64,000 bases of DNA from Bdellovibrionales bacterium (GCA_964230645.1 CAXRHT010000001.1:619194-683193), one strand, 5' to 3'; positions 9,994 to 20,425 are shown, counted from the stretch's first letter. A program made the numbers and translations. Notes: a model not told the origin generated them from the letters alone.

Positions 9994-11102
9994 AACTAAT
10001 GTTGGCCACTGAGCAAGACAATGAAGACCTGAAAAGTTTTTTTAACAAACAGGTCTTAGAGGGCGTTTACGATTATCGCCTGGTACGCTCAAACTCTTTT
10101 TTTGATCAGTACAAAATCTCGACTGATGATTATCAGACCTATATTTTAAAGGACCGTAGCGGGGAAATCCAAGCCATGGCCTCTATGCTATTTAAAAAAG
10201 GCTATATTCACGATCAAGAGCAAACCATTGGTTATGTCACTGATCTTCGTGTTTCAAAATCTCGAGCCGCAACCCTGACATGGACCAAGGAGTTTGTTCC
10301 TGCCTTTGAAGCCGAAAGGGAAAAGAGAAATTGCCAATTTATTTTTTCAGAACTGGAGCAATTCGAGAACATCGCCTACAACACTTTGTTGCGTCGACGC
10401 AGCCGTACGACCTATATGCCGCGCTATCATCTTTTCCGGAAATTCTATTTGGTCGCTATTTACGGTAAACATTTTTTTGCAGACTATCCGCTTTCAACTA
10501 TTAAGATTGAAAACGGTAGAACCGAAGACATCGAACCTCTTTGCCAGTACTTGCAGAGCAAGTCCGTTCGACGCCCCTTACGCTACAACACCAATGTTGA
10601 AGAGCTTGAAAGAAGACTTAGAATCTGGCCCAACTTTTCCATTCAGAATTTTTTAGTGGCTCGCAATAGGCAGGGTCAAATTATTGGGTGCATGGCTCCT
10701 TGGAACAATCGCGATGTTCAACAAGTTATTGCCCATAAGTACAAACGTCAAAGTTTTCAAGTTTTCTCCACAAGTCAAACGCTTGGACTTTTGGGGTTAG
10801 CAAGACCTCTTCCTAAGCCAGGCCAGGCGTTTCAGTTTAAATACATCACTCATGGAGCTTACGATAACCCTGATATTTTTTATTCCCTTCTTAATCGGGC
10901 TTACTATGACTGCCAAAACAAAGAGCTCTTAGTTTATCAAAATTATTTTGGAGATTTCCCCACTCGCCCGCCTCGCTCTTTTATGCACATAAAAATTCCT
11001 TATGGTTTTTACTCGGTTCTTGATCACGAAGCCAAACTGCCTCACTTTTTACACCCCAATCCTTTTATCCCAGCACCAGACTTTCAAGTTTATGCATTCT
11101 AA
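9990..11102 (+). CDS. Hypothetical protein (possible GNAT-like acyltransferase fold; function unknown)
   Basis: Long ORF. ATG 9990 overlaps the upstream TGA (ATGA coupling). No catalytic motif recognised. Confidence 0.5.
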   Translation: MKLMLATEQDNEDLKSFFNKQVLEGVYDYRLVRSNSFFDQYKISTDDYQTYILKDRSGEIQAMASMLFKKGYIHDQEQTIGYVTDLRVSKSRAATLTWTKEFVPAFEAEREKRNCQFIFSELEQFENIAYNTLLRRRSRTTYMPRYHLFRKFYLVAIYGKHFFADYPLSTIKIENGRTEDIEPLCQYLQSKSVRRPLRYNTNVEELERRLRIWPNFSIQNFLVARNRQGQIIGCMAPWNNRDVQQVIAHKYKRQSFQVFSTSQTLGLLGLARPLPKPGQAFQFKYITHGAYDNPDIFYSLLNRAYYDCQNKELLVYQNYFGDFPTRPPRSFMHIKIPYGFYSVLDHEAKLPHFLHPNPFIPAPDFQVYAF

Positions 11103-11386
11103 ATGAACAGCTTCAAAACCAACGAAGGTGGCTTTAAACCCTTGATCTCTCAGGCTTTTGCCGTTGCGCGCAATTTTATAGGAACTCTAATAAATTTTAA
11201 TACTTGTTTGCAAAGTCTTATATTTCGCTAGCTTGCAGCTTTATTTATAGATCTTTTGTAATTTCTCTACTCTCCCTGAAATCTTTTTCGTATTCAACTT
11301 CCTTATTCTTTGGTTGTGTGTGGGCGGGACTAAACAAACAAAATCAAACTTTTTAAAGTTTGAGGGCACATTAAAAAGGGGCATCC

Positions 11387-12070
11387 ATGCAATCCATCTG
11401 TTTGCTTTTTGCGGGACAAAAAGGCTTAGACGACGTGAACTTTCGACAATCGGTACTAAGGATTCCGGAGGTTTCAAGACGACTCAAAGAAGCTCAGAGG
11501 ATTTTAGATCAGGCGATTGACTCAGACATTTATGTCGACCTCTTTTCTTTCGTCAATTCTCTAGACAACGAATTTGAAAGCCACTCTAATTTAAAATCTC
11601 TTGCAGCCACCTGTGTTCAAGTAGGTCTTTTCGATCGTTTAATTAAATATCGCAGTCGCCCTCAGTTTCTAGTTGGACGAGTCAACGGGCTTTCCGCAAT
11701 GAAAGTTTCCGCCGGCATGCAGTCTTTTCAAGATCTCGTTGTGACAAGCCCCTTCTGTCAGGAAAATACGCTTATGGGCCGATTCGCCAATCAGAAGAAC
11801 TCTAAACTTTTTGGGACAGAGCTTGAAGAGTATGGGGTGCTTGCATGGAACCATGATGGTTACTACGAAGAGGTGCAAATGGAGCAAAAAGAAGCGGTCG
11901 CCATTCTTAGTGAACTTTCAAAAACTCATATCCTCACTCAGTGCATTCACGTTGGCCCCACTTACGAATTTTGGCTGAGTGAATTTGAGAAAAAAGATAT
12001 GAACACTTTAGCTTCCATGAGCTCTATTGATCTCGACCCAATTCTCAATTCTTTTTGGAAGTCAGCTTAA
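11387..12070 (+). CDS. FabD-like (malonyl-CoA:ACP transacylase-like) protein lacking the GHSxG serine
   Basis: N-terminus ICLLFAGQ resembles the FabD FVFPGQGSQ. VGRVNGLSAMKVSAGMQSFQDLV aligns by eye to GHSLGEYSALVCAGVxxFxDxV but reads GRVNG. Only 227 aa. Confidence 0.4.
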   Translation: MQSICLLFAGQKGLDDVNFRQSVLRIPEVSRRLKEAQRILDQAIDSDIYVDLFSFVNSLDNEFESHSNLKSLAATCVQVGLFDRLIKYRSRPQFLVGRVNGLSAMKVSAGMQSFQDLVVTSPFCQENTLMGRFANQKNSKLFGTELEEYGVLAWNHDGYYEEVQMEQKEAVAILSELSKTHILTQCIHVGPTYEFWLSEFEKKDMNTLASMSSIDLDPILNSFWKSA

Positions 12071-12151
12071 TAGGGCAAGCTCAGTGAGGCACTCAGCCTT
12101 TTTAAAGTGCCTGCCGCCCGGCTGAAATTTATCGATTTATTTTTTTAATAA

Positions 12152-13846
12152 CTACAGATCTTCTTGAGTATTGGAGAGAAGCTCTTCTATTGTTGTAATC
12201 CCTTGGATGACTTTTTGAATCCCGTGATCACGGAAAGTTTTCATCCCCTGTTCAATGGCTTTTTTCTTAATCAACCCTGAGTCTTGTCTCTGCATGACGA
12301 GAGTTCTTACCTCTTCGGTAACCACCAAGAGTTCTTGGATCAAAGTTCGACCAATATAACCCTTGTTATTACATTTGTTACAACCTACAGCTTTGTGAAT
12401 TTTTGCATCAGCAAGGTCGGCCTGGGTCATTCCAAGATTTTTCATCTCAAGGTCGGAAGGCTCATGGGGGGCCTTGCAATGAGGACAAAGCACACGAACC
12501 AGTCGTTGAGAAATAACTCCTAAAAGTGAGGTCGCAATTAAAAAAGGCTCACACCCCATATCGATCAAACGTGGGAAAGCCCCCGCCGCATCGTTGGTGT
12601 GAATTGTGGAGAGAACCAAGTGACCTGTTAGTGAGGAGTTAATGGCAATTTCTGCTGTTTCAAGGTCACGAATCTCCCCGATCATAATGATGTCTGGATC
12701 CTGACGAAGAATCGCTCGAAGACCTCCCGCAAAAGTGAGACCGATCTTTGAATTCACCTGAATCTGGCCAATACCCTGGATTCGTTGCTCGACAGGATCT
12801 TCAACAGTAATGATATTGGTATCTATGGCGTTGAGCCTCTGTAGAGAAGCGTAAAGGGTTGTCGATTTACCACTTCCCGTCGGTCCGGTGACAAGAAGAA
12901 TACCGTAGGTTCTTGTAAGTAAATTAGTTAGGTTGGAGAGATTCTCCTCAGAAAAACCAAGCTGCTCAAGACTTAACACCACATTGGAGCGATCCTGTAA
13001 ACGCATCACTGCTCGCTCCCCGTGCGCTGTGGGAACCGTGCTCAAACGAACATCAATATCTTTACCCCCAATTTTTAAGGGGATACGACCATCTTGGGGA
13101 AGTCTTTTTTCGGCGATGTTGAGATTTCCCATTACCTTAATACGAGAGGTGATCGAATTCTGTAATCGTTTGGGTGGCTTAAATACATCATATAAAACAC
13201 CATCCACACGAAAACGCACCACCATATCTTTTTCGTAAGGTTCGATATGAATATCTGAGGCCTTTTCTTTGACGGCTCGTGAAAGAAGAGTGTTCACTAA
13301 TCGAATCACAGGAGCATCATCGTCAGCGGCTTCGAGCAAATCTATGATCGGTTCATCAAGATCATAGTCATCCTCTTCAATTTCATCGAGCCCCTCAAGA
13401 GCAGCCGTACCCTTTTCGTACACCCTGTTGATGGCATCAAGAAGCTTAACCTTCGTAGTTAAGACAGGAACAATTTGTTTTTTAAACAAAAGCCTTAAGT
13501 CATCAAGGACTGTGATATTAAGGGGGTTGGTCGTTAACACCAAAACTTGCCTATTGTCTTCTTTGTAGGGAAGAATCTCAAAGTTTTTTGCGTAATTTAT
13601 GGGAATGCCTCGAATCATGTCCATTGCGATATCGTTAATAATGATATCTTTTGCAAACTGAATTCCGATTCTTTCAGAGAGCTTCTCCATCACACGATCC
13701 GTGGTGGGATCACTGATCTCTTCCAAACTTTTCCTAACCGTTTTGGAGCCACCAAAATCGGAATCGAGCAATATTTGCAGTTGCTCGTCGGTGAGGCTTG
13801 TTGATTTCTGAATGATATTTTCAATCACTTGATTGGAAGCTGCCAT
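12152..13846 (-). CDS. gspE: Type II secretion system ATPase GspE
   Basis: Walker A VTGPTGSGKSTTLY, the Asp/His boxes of secretion ATPases, and a tetracysteine motif CPHCK...CNKCNNKGY. Last gene of the gspC-D-E run. Confidence 0.85.
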   Translation of the reverse strand: MAASNQVIENIIQKSTSLTDEQLQILLDSDFGGSKTVRKSLEEISDPTTDRVMEKLSERIGIQFAKDIIINDIAMDMIRGIPINYAKNFEILPYKEDNRQVLVLTTNPLNITVLDDLRLLFKKQIVPVLTTKVKLLDAINRVYEKGTAALEGLDEIEEDDYDLDEPIIDLLEAADDDAPVIRLVNTLLSRAVKEKASDIHIEPYEKDMVVRFRVDGVLYDVFKPPKRLQNSITSRIKVMGNLNIAEKRLPQDGRIPLKIGGKDIDVRLSTVPTAHGERAVMRLQDRSNVVLSLEQLGFSEENLSNLTNLLTRTYGILLVTGPTGSGKSTTLYASLQRLNAIDTNIITVEDPVEQRIQGIGQIQVNSKIGLTFAGGLRAILRQDPDIIMIGEIRDLETAEIAINSSLTGHLVLSTIHTNDAAGAFPRLIDMGCEPFLIATSLLGVISQRLVRVLCPHCKAPHEPSDLEMKNLGMTQADLADAKIHKAVGCNKCNNKGYIGRTLIQELLVVTEEVRTLVMQRQDSGLIKKKAIEQGMKTFRDHGIQKVIQGITTIEELLSNTQEDL

Positions 13847-13855
13847 ATGTCCTTA

Positions 13856-16477
13856 TTAAAATCCTTCAAATTCACTTTCAAACTCATCGGCTGTATTGTC
13901 AAAGCTTGAGTCATCAAAGCTCTCTGTCGGCGCGGGCTCTTCTCCCACTGGGATAGCCTCTTCCAAATCCAATTCGATTTCTTCGGTATTTGGAACAAAA
14001 GTTTTTGAAGAAGCTTCTGCGTCTTGGATCAAACTATTAAAACGCTCGCCGTAAGGATCTCGCCCTCCAGAGTTCTTTTTAATCCAGTCGATCCGCTCAG
14101 TCATTTTCTGCTTAAGAATGTCTTTGTGACCCTGAGAATTTCTAATAATTTTTGGAGTTAAAAACACAACCAAGTTCTTTTTAATTTTTCTCACTGTGCT
14201 GTTTTTAAACAACCACCCAAGAATCGGAATGTCGCCAAGAAGTGGAATCTTCGATTCAGTAATGGAATCTTCGTCTTCCATCAATCCACCAAGGACCGCA
14301 GTCTGCCCTGACTCAAGAACAATATTTGTTTTCAAAGACTTCTTGGTCAAGGCCTGAGCATTATCGGCCAGGTTTTGTGCTTGAATGGCCTTTGTCGAAA
14401 CTTTTTGAATTTTCTGCTCTACATTAAGGCGCACGATATCAGAGTCTGGACTGATAAAGGGTTTGATCTTAAGTAAGATCGTGGCGTCTTTAAACTGTGG
14501 AGTAAAAGTAGAAAGTCCAGCATTGGAAGCACTTTGTGTTGCTCCGACAGGCACCTCATCTCCAACCTCAATTTCCGACTCTTCATTGTCCATAGCTAAA
14601 ATGTTTGGAGTTGAGAGAATGTTGGCGTTGGTCTTTTCTTTAAGAAAACTAATCAATGCAATAAGACTTGGGATCTCAATGACCTGTCCTCCCGCATTGA
14701 TCTGAATGGTTTCACTAGGATCCCCAAGGTTGAGAATAGCCCCTTTTCCTCCGACAGGATTGACTAGATCAGCCAAAGAGGAAGAACCACCAGAGAATCC
14801 AACACGCGCCACACCTTCTCCATTGGTGGTCTGGTTATTAGGATCTTCGCTTTTGAAGAATCTCATATAGTTCATATTCCAAACATTCGAGTTGTTGGCT
14901 TCCATTTCCATAATGATGGCTTCAACAAAAACTTGATCTTTAGGAATATCAATCTTGGCTAAAAGATTTTTAACCACTTTGTAGTCCTGTCTTCCCGCGG
15001 TAACAATAAGGGAGTTGGTATTTTCGTCGGCTTTAATGACAACATTTCCACCAAAGATCGGTTTTTGCACCTTAGGCGCTTGAAAAGATTTGTCATCTTT
15101 ACTTTTATTAGACTGCTCGGCCGCTTTTTCTGATTCTTCGGCAATTCCTGAGAGCGTTTCAGCGATTTTAACAGCCTCACCATGTTTCACGTAGTATACA
15201 TACACCCCACCAGCATCCGCAGGATCAAGGGGATAATCCAGACGCTTTACAAGTTCTTGGATTCGGTCAATACCCTGAGAATTACCAACCACAATAATGG
15301 AGTTGGTACGGTCATCAGGAGCCACAATTTTAAGGTTTTCTGTTTTACCTTCATCACCTTTACTAAAGCGAGAACGGCGAAACCGACTCTTACTGTCACT
15401 TTCCTCTTCACCTTCATTTATGATTTTCTGAATAAGCTCAGAAATATCTTTTGCTTTGGCATGTCTAATAGGAATTACTTCAAGACGCTCTTCAAATCCA
15501 GGCTTATCGAGCTCCTCAATGATGCGAGAAATTCTTTCCACACTGGAACCGTAGCCGGAAATAATCAGTGAATTGGTTTTTTCATAGGACTCAACATCCC
15601 CTGCTTTTTTCGAAACGAATTTTTCTAAACTCTTTTTCAAAGTTTCAGCATTGATATATTTCAGTTGCACAATTCGGGTGATCAACTGATCGGAGGTTGG
15701 AAAATAAGCACCGGCATAAGTTTCAATGGAATCGTTCTTGGCGTTTGTCTCTTTTCTAATTTTTAAGTAGCCATCGCCTGTTGGTACAATGGTGTAGTTG
15801 TTCATGGCAAGGGCTGAGAGAAACATCTTCCAAGCTTGAGCCACTGTCACCGGTGTTGGAGCTACGATGGTGATTTTTCCATTCACCCCTGGTTCCATAA
15901 TGAAGTTCTTTTTGGTGAGTTTCCCAATTGCGTTGGCCACGTCCATAATATTGGCATTGGGGTAGTTAAAACTCTCGATGATATCTGGGAAATTTTCATC
16001 GGTGATGTCTTCCGGTTGTGCTTCAGCAAAAGTCATTTTGCCTTTTTTATTGGAATCACTTTTAGCCACTTTTTTAACCTTGATATCACCCACAGGCGTG
16101 GTCGGACGATTGTTAACAGGTGGCCTTGAATTGCTTCGCCCAAACGAGGGACGATTGTTGTTATTGTTGGTGTTGTTATTGGTATTGTCATTCCCACCAC
16201 CACGACGAAAACGGCTACGTCGGAACCTTGAAGTGGGAGGAGGAGGTGGTTCTTCTTCGAATTCTTCTACGGGAATTTCTTCTTCGATATCGACTTCATC
16301 GATAATTTCACCATCGATGGGTTCGTTATCAAAAAACTCTTCTTCGGGGGCTTGGGCGATCGTCCAAAGGGGATCGTTTAACTTTATATCTGATGACTGG
16401 TTGTTCTCCATAGCCTGTGAAAAGGGAGAACTCACGAGTGTGAGAAGTGCTATCATCATGATTCGCAATATCTTCAT
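13856..16477 (-). CDS. gspD: Type II secretion system secretin GspD, with an unusual disordered N-terminal insert and an acidic C-terminal tail
   Basis: Secretin C-domain motifs (VLGGLMED...IPLLGDIPILGWLFK) and repeated N-domains. Signal peptide MKILRIMMIALLTLVSSPFSQA from ATG 16477. Track ORF extends to 16591. Confidence 0.85.
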   Translation of the reverse strand: MKILRIMMIALLTLVSSPFSQAMENNQSSDIKLNDPLWTIAQAPEEEFFDNEPIDGEIIDEVDIEEEIPVEEFEEEPPPPPTSRFRRSRFRRGGGNDNTNNNTNNNNNRPSFGRSNSRPPVNNRPTTPVGDIKVKKVAKSDSNKKGKMTFAEAQPEDITDENFPDIIESFNYPNANIMDVANAIGKLTKKNFIMEPGVNGKITIVAPTPVTVAQAWKMFLSALAMNNYTIVPTGDGYLKIRKETNAKNDSIETYAGAYFPTSDQLITRIVQLKYINAETLKKSLEKFVSKKAGDVESYEKTNSLIISGYGSSVERISRIIEELDKPGFEERLEVIPIRHAKAKDISELIQKIINEGEEESDSKSRFRRSRFSKGDEGKTENLKIVAPDDRTNSIIVVGNSQGIDRIQELVKRLDYPLDPADAGGVYVYYVKHGEAVKIAETLSGIAEESEKAAEQSNKSKDDKSFQAPKVQKPIFGGNVVIKADENTNSLIVTAGRQDYKVVKNLLAKIDIPKDQVFVEAIIMEMEANNSNVWNMNYMRFFKSEDPNNQTTNGEGVARVGFSGGSSSLADLVNPVGGKGAILNLGDPSETIQINAGGQVIEIPSLIALISFLKEKTNANILSTPNILAMDNEESEIEVGDEVPVGATQSASNAGLSTFTPQFKDATILLKIKPFISPDSDIVRLNVEQKIQKVSTKAIQAQNLADNAQALTKKSLKTNIVLESGQTAVLGGLMEDEDSITESKIPLLGDIPILGWLFKNSTVRKIKKNLVVFLTPKIIRNSQGHKDILKQKMTERIDWIKKNSGGRDPYGERFNSLIQDAEASSKTFVPNTEEIELDLEEAIPVGEEPAPTESFDDSSFDNTADEFESEFEGF

Positions 16478-16871
16478 TATGACCTTCCTATGGTGCAACA
16501 TATCTATTAAAACCCATAAATATTCAGAACTTAAAGCTTTTCCCAAATCCTTGGCCCGGATCGCGCCAAAGGTCGAGAGCGATCTTGGCACCCTTAAAGA
16601 TCGCAGTGCATTATTGACTCAAGTGATGAAAATCAAAAGAAGACTCTTAAAGTTCTCCCTTCTTATTTTACTCTGATAAAAAACGGGGAAAAACCCCATC
16701 CTCCCCAGACAGCCGATACTAAAAGGTGCCTGGCAACCTTCACAAAAAAATTCCGACTTTGAGAAAATTTGAGTTTCTTGAAAGTTTTACGCTCTTTTTC
16801 AATGAAGAAAAGCTTTCCCAAGGTGAACCGATGATTAGTCTCACCGGTCAGCTTTCAAGGTATCTCTGATT

Positions 16872-17825
16872 CTACTCTAGGCTGTAGTTAAGGGTTGTTG
16901 GCGAACCGCCACGAGTGATCTCTAATTGGATATCGTCTGCACTTTTCAAAGCTTGGTACAATTCCATGGCTTTTTGAGGAGTGTCGACAGCTTCACCGTT
17001 GACTCCTTTAATAATGTCTCCACGCTTTAAGCCAAGCTTTTCATAAATACTTCCCGATTTCAAAGCCACCAATTTAAAACCACTGACCTCACCTCCAGAG
17101 CCCGGCTCCACATAAGGAACAGCTTTGGCGTCTTGTAAGACTCGTGGGAGATTTTCCAAGTACTTATTAATCTCTGCCCTTTTGAAGCTGAAGTTTGTTT
17201 GCTCAGGCTGAGGCTGCTGCACCCCTCCAGTGTTTGGGCTCGCAAGCCCCATCTTAAGGGCATTCTCTTCTTTGATTTCAATGTACTCAAGCTTACGATT
17301 TCGAAGGTTGCGAAAGATGACTTTAAACCTTTGAATTTCTCTGATACGAGCCATGTCTTCAACTTCGTCCTCAATAACAACAGCCTGAATGTCTTTGCCA
17401 TTCACCTCAACAGTCGCTACAGACAACTGGGGAGCGCCGTGAATAATGGTTCCAACAAGCTTTAATGGAAGACTTGTTGGGACCGGATCGGTATTTTCCT
17501 CTCCAGACTCTTCCGTGTTTTTTTCTCCCAGTGAATCGGGAATGAAGTGATCGGAGTTAAAGATGTTTTTGTCTTTTACACTGGTGAAAATAGAAGCTTG
17601 CCTGCCCCGACGCTGAAAACGATTGTTTCCAGGGCGCACGCGGGTGACTCCCCCAACAGGAAGCATCTTCGCTCGAATAAATGTCGTTCCGAAATCCGCA
17701 ATCAGAACACCAATAAAGAAGAGCAAAATATAAATGTAGGCCCCTTCAAAAGGAGGCCGTGGGTTTTTCAACCCTAGCTTATCTCCAAGTTTAGAGAGTT
17801 TAGAAAAGTTAAATCGACCAGCCAT
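16872..17825 (-). CDS. gspC: Type II secretion system protein GspC (N-terminal TM plus C-terminal PDZ domain)
   Basis: TM helix YIYILLFFIGVLIADF and a PDZ-like C-terminus GFKLVALKSGSIYEKLGLKRGDIIKGVNGEAV. Position is upstream of gspD. Start is ambiguous (ATG 17825 or TTG 17855). Confidence 0.65.
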   Translation of the reverse strand: MAGRFNFSKLSKLGDKLGLKNPRPPFEGAYIYILLFFIGVLIADFGTTFIRAKMLPVGGVTRVRPGNNRFQRRGRQASIFTSVKDKNIFNSDHFIPDSLGEKNTEESGEENTDPVPTSLPLKLVGTIIHGAPQLSVATVEVNGKDIQAVVIEDEVEDMARIREIQRFKVIFRNLRNRKLEYIEIKEENALKMGLASPNTGGVQQPQPEQTNFSFKRAEINKYLENLPRVLQDAKAVPYVEPGSGGEVSGFKLVALKSGSIYEKLGLKRGDIIKGVNGEAVDTPQKAMELYQALKSADDIQLEITRGGSPTTLNYSLE

Positions 17826-17926
17826 AGATAAAAGTCTATCAAAAACTAAAAACAAATATTAGGAAAAACTCTCTGGACTGTAGGATAGTTTTTACCTTAC
17901 CGCCAGAGGGCTCCCTTTTTCAGGAC

Positions 17927-18559
17927 CTAGCCGCGATAAAGATTAATAAGAAAACTCACCATAGGAGTGAAAATCGTGTGGCTTGAGCTAGCATCCCCTG
18001 AAACATTGGTCAGAGCATCAACCCCTTCCCCGTATTGAATATTTTTGTAAACAAAATGGGGACCAATGGAGAAATGCCGGTTGAGACGGAAAAAATAACC
18101 CGCTTCAAGCTGAAAACCTAAGCCTTCCGAGTAGCGACTAATATCAGCAGTATTCTCTAATTCTTGCTTCGAATAGGGAAAGAAGGTTCCCACAAAGGAC
18201 CACCCTCTATGAATGTAGCCAAAACTGACTCCCACAGACTCTCGAGTGGTTTTGGGTGCCGATTCATTGATATCTTGAGACTCTCCTGCGTACAAAATTC
18301 CAAAGTAAAAGCCTTTGCGAAAAATGTAGCCAAACTTCACATCGTAGAGAAAAACATCTCTTTTACGGTTATTAACCGAATTACCGGTGACATCATTACT
18401 CTCATCCATAGAAAGATACATAAGCGAGGGAGAGAAAACGAGACCATAATCTCTCTGATCGCGGTCAAGATCAGTGAAGGTTTGGTAGGACTCATACTCT
18501 TCGTACTGACCCCAGGCGAGCGTTGGAATAAAAAGAAAAAACAATAAGGCGCGAATCAC
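17927..18559 (-). CDS. Outer-membrane beta-barrel protein (porin-family-like), function unknown
   Basis: Signal peptide MIRALLFFLFIPTLAWGQ, alternating aromatic/Gly beta-strand pattern, and a C-terminal ...INLYRG. Confidence 0.5.
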   Translation of the reverse strand: MIRALLFFLFIPTLAWGQYEEYESYQTFTDLDRDQRDYGLVFSPSLMYLSMDESNDVTGNSVNNRKRDVFLYDVKFGYIFRKGFYFGILYAGESQDINESAPKTTRESVGVSFGYIHRGWSFVGTFFPYSKQELENTADISRYSEGLGFQLEAGYFFRLNRHFSIGPHFVYKNIQYGEGVDALTNVSGDASSSHTIFTPMVSFLINLYRG

Positions 18560-18728
18560 AACCTATTATTGATAACCCAAGTCCAATAATCAAGACTACA
18601 CCCGACCTTAAGATTGGGAGGCCCCCGACCACCTGCCCATGATTCCACCCCACAGGGGGATTGGAATTTGAACTCCCCGAAGTTTAGGATTAAACTTGAG
18701 CATTGAGAATAGGAAAGGGACACATCGA

Positions 18729-19946
18729 ATGCCTATCTATGAATATAAGGGCCTTAGCCGATCAGGAAAGAACATCAAAGGAACTGTTGATGCTGATAAT
18801 TTACGCTCGGCCCGTGTAAAATTAAAAAAAGATGGGATTTATGTCGTCGATCTGGCTGACAAAACTAAAAAACAACGTAAGAAAAATAAATCCAAAACAA
18901 GCACGACCTCTGGCGTAAACATTAACGATATGTCGAATATGACGCGGCAGTTGGCATCTTTAATTAAAGCCAATATCCCCCTCGTTGATGCCCTTGGCGC
19001 TTGTTCGGATCAAATGGAAAACCCGGTGCTCAAAGAGGTTCTGGCCGATTGTAAAAACAACGTGAATGAAGGAAGCACTTTTCATAAGTCGATTCGAAAA
19101 TACCCTAAAATATTTGATAAAATTTTTATTTCCATGGTCGAGGCCGGTGAAATGTCGGGAACACTGGATGTGATCCTCCTTCGATTGGCCGAATTCAAAG
19201 AGGACCAGGCCGAGCTTAATTCCAAGGTGAAGTCGGCCATGCTCTACCCGATCATCATGTTCTTGTTCATGATTTTGATTCTCGCGGTGATGTTCATTTT
19301 CGTCATTCCGCAAATGATGAGTATTTTTGACGACGCCGAGATGCAACTGCCCTGGTACACCATGCTCGTTATCAACATTAGTGGGACCTTAGTGAACTAT
19401 TGGTGGGTGATTCTCCTAGGCATAGGTGTGGTTGTTTTTGGGTTTATACAATGGACTCAATCAGAATCGGGACGCCCGAAATGGGATTATATGAAGCTAC
19501 ATCTGCCCGTTTCTGGAAAATTAACTCGAATGATTGCGGTTTCTCGCTTCACCCGAACTCTATCAACCCTACTGGCTGGAGGAGTTCCCATGCTGAATGC
19601 TATGGATATTGTTAAGAATGTAGTTAATAATGAAGTTCTGGCTAAAGCCATTCGCGAGGCCCGAGATAATATCAGTGAAGGGGAGTCCATAGCAGGCCCC
19701 TTGAAGAAGTCTCAGCAATTTCCTCCCATCGTGATTCATATGGTTGGAATTGGTGAAAAAACAGGCGATCTTGAAAATATGTTGAATCAGGTGAGTGATA
19801 CCTACGATTTTCAGGTCAAAAACAAGGTGGAAGGACTCACTTCGATCCTGGAACCCATTATGATTATTGTAATGGGTGGCGTCATTGGTACGATTGTGTT
19901 CTCACTCATGGTGCCAATGTTTGAACTCGCCAATATCGCGGAGTAA
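18729..19946 (+). CDS. gspF: Type II secretion system inner-membrane platform protein GspF
   Basis: Duplicated GspF/PilC cytoplasmic domains with 3 TM helices. N-terminus MPIYEYKGLSRSGKNIKG is typical. AGGAAAGGGA SD lies before ATG 18729. Confidence 0.85.
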   Translation: MPIYEYKGLSRSGKNIKGTVDADNLRSARVKLKKDGIYVVDLADKTKKQRKKNKSKTSTTSGVNINDMSNMTRQLASLIKANIPLVDALGACSDQMENPVLKEVLADCKNNVNEGSTFHKSIRKYPKIFDKIFISMVEAGEMSGTLDVILLRLAEFKEDQAELNSKVKSAMLYPIIMFLFMILILAVMFIFVIPQMMSIFDDAEMQLPWYTMLVINISGTLVNYWWVILLGIGVVVFGFIQWTQSESGRPKWDYMKLHLPVSGKLTRMIAVSRFTRTLSTLLAGGVPMLNAMDIVKNVVNNEVLAKAIREARDNISEGESIAGPLKKSQQFPPIVIHMVGIGEKTGDLENMLNQVSDTYDFQVKNKVEGLTSILEPIMIIVMGGVIGTIVFSLMVPMFELANIAE

Positions 19947-19979
19947 TATAAAGAATCAAAAATTTTGAGGAGTTTTCTT

Positions 19980-20402
19980 ATGCTTTTAAATAATAGACGC
20001 GGTTTCTCACTTGTCGAGATTATGATTGTTGTTGTGATTATCGGAATTATTGCGGCGACCATGGGTAACCGCTTATTCGGTGGACTGGATAAAGCGAAAG
20101 TGAAAAATGCAAAAATCATGATGCAGAAATTCGCGGACGCTTTGGAAATGTACAATGTGGACTGCAACACTTATCCCACATCAGAACAAGGACTCGATGC
20201 CCTCATGCAAGAGCCTCAGGGTGAGCCTAGCTGTGACAACTGGGGTCCCGTTTCCTATTTGAAAAAGGTACCTAAAGATCCTTGGGGCCGAGAGTATATA
20301 TACGATTCCGATGGAGTGGAGTTTAACATCATTTCCCTTGGAAAAGACAAACGTGAAGGTGGTTCAGAGTTTGGCGAGGACATTAGTTACAAAGATCTGT
20401 AA
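19980..20402 (+). CDS. gspG: Type II secretion major pseudopilin GspG
   Basis: Prepilin motif RRGFSLVEIMIVVVIIGIIAA and the GspG-type C-terminus (DPWGREYIY...ISLGKD). GAGGA SD lies 8 nt before ATG 19980. Confidence 0.85.
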   Translation: MLLNNRRGFSLVEIMIVVVIIGIIAATMGNRLFGGLDKAKVKNAKIMMQKFADALEMYNVDCNTYPTSEQGLDALMQEPQGEPSCDNWGPVSYLKKVPKDPWGREYIYDSDGVEFNIISLGKDKREGGSEFGEDISYKDL

Positions 20403-20425
20403 TTTTTTATTCGATCAGTACAAAG

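Noticed and set aside
15978-16676. 232 aa plus-strand ORF, with neighbours such as 15182..15571 and 15836..16129
   Set aside because: It lies antisense inside the well-supported gspD secretin gene. Its low-complexity Leu/Ser/Gly content mirrors the Glu/Pro/Asn-rich codons opposite. It is a shadow ORF.
16660-16705. GGGG-aaaaa-CCCC hairpin with flanking A/T runs between gspC and gspD, considered as a terminator splitting gspC from gspDE
   Set aside because: The stem is only 4 bp. That is too weak to call, although the 394 bp gspC-gspD gap does suggest a separate gspD promoter.
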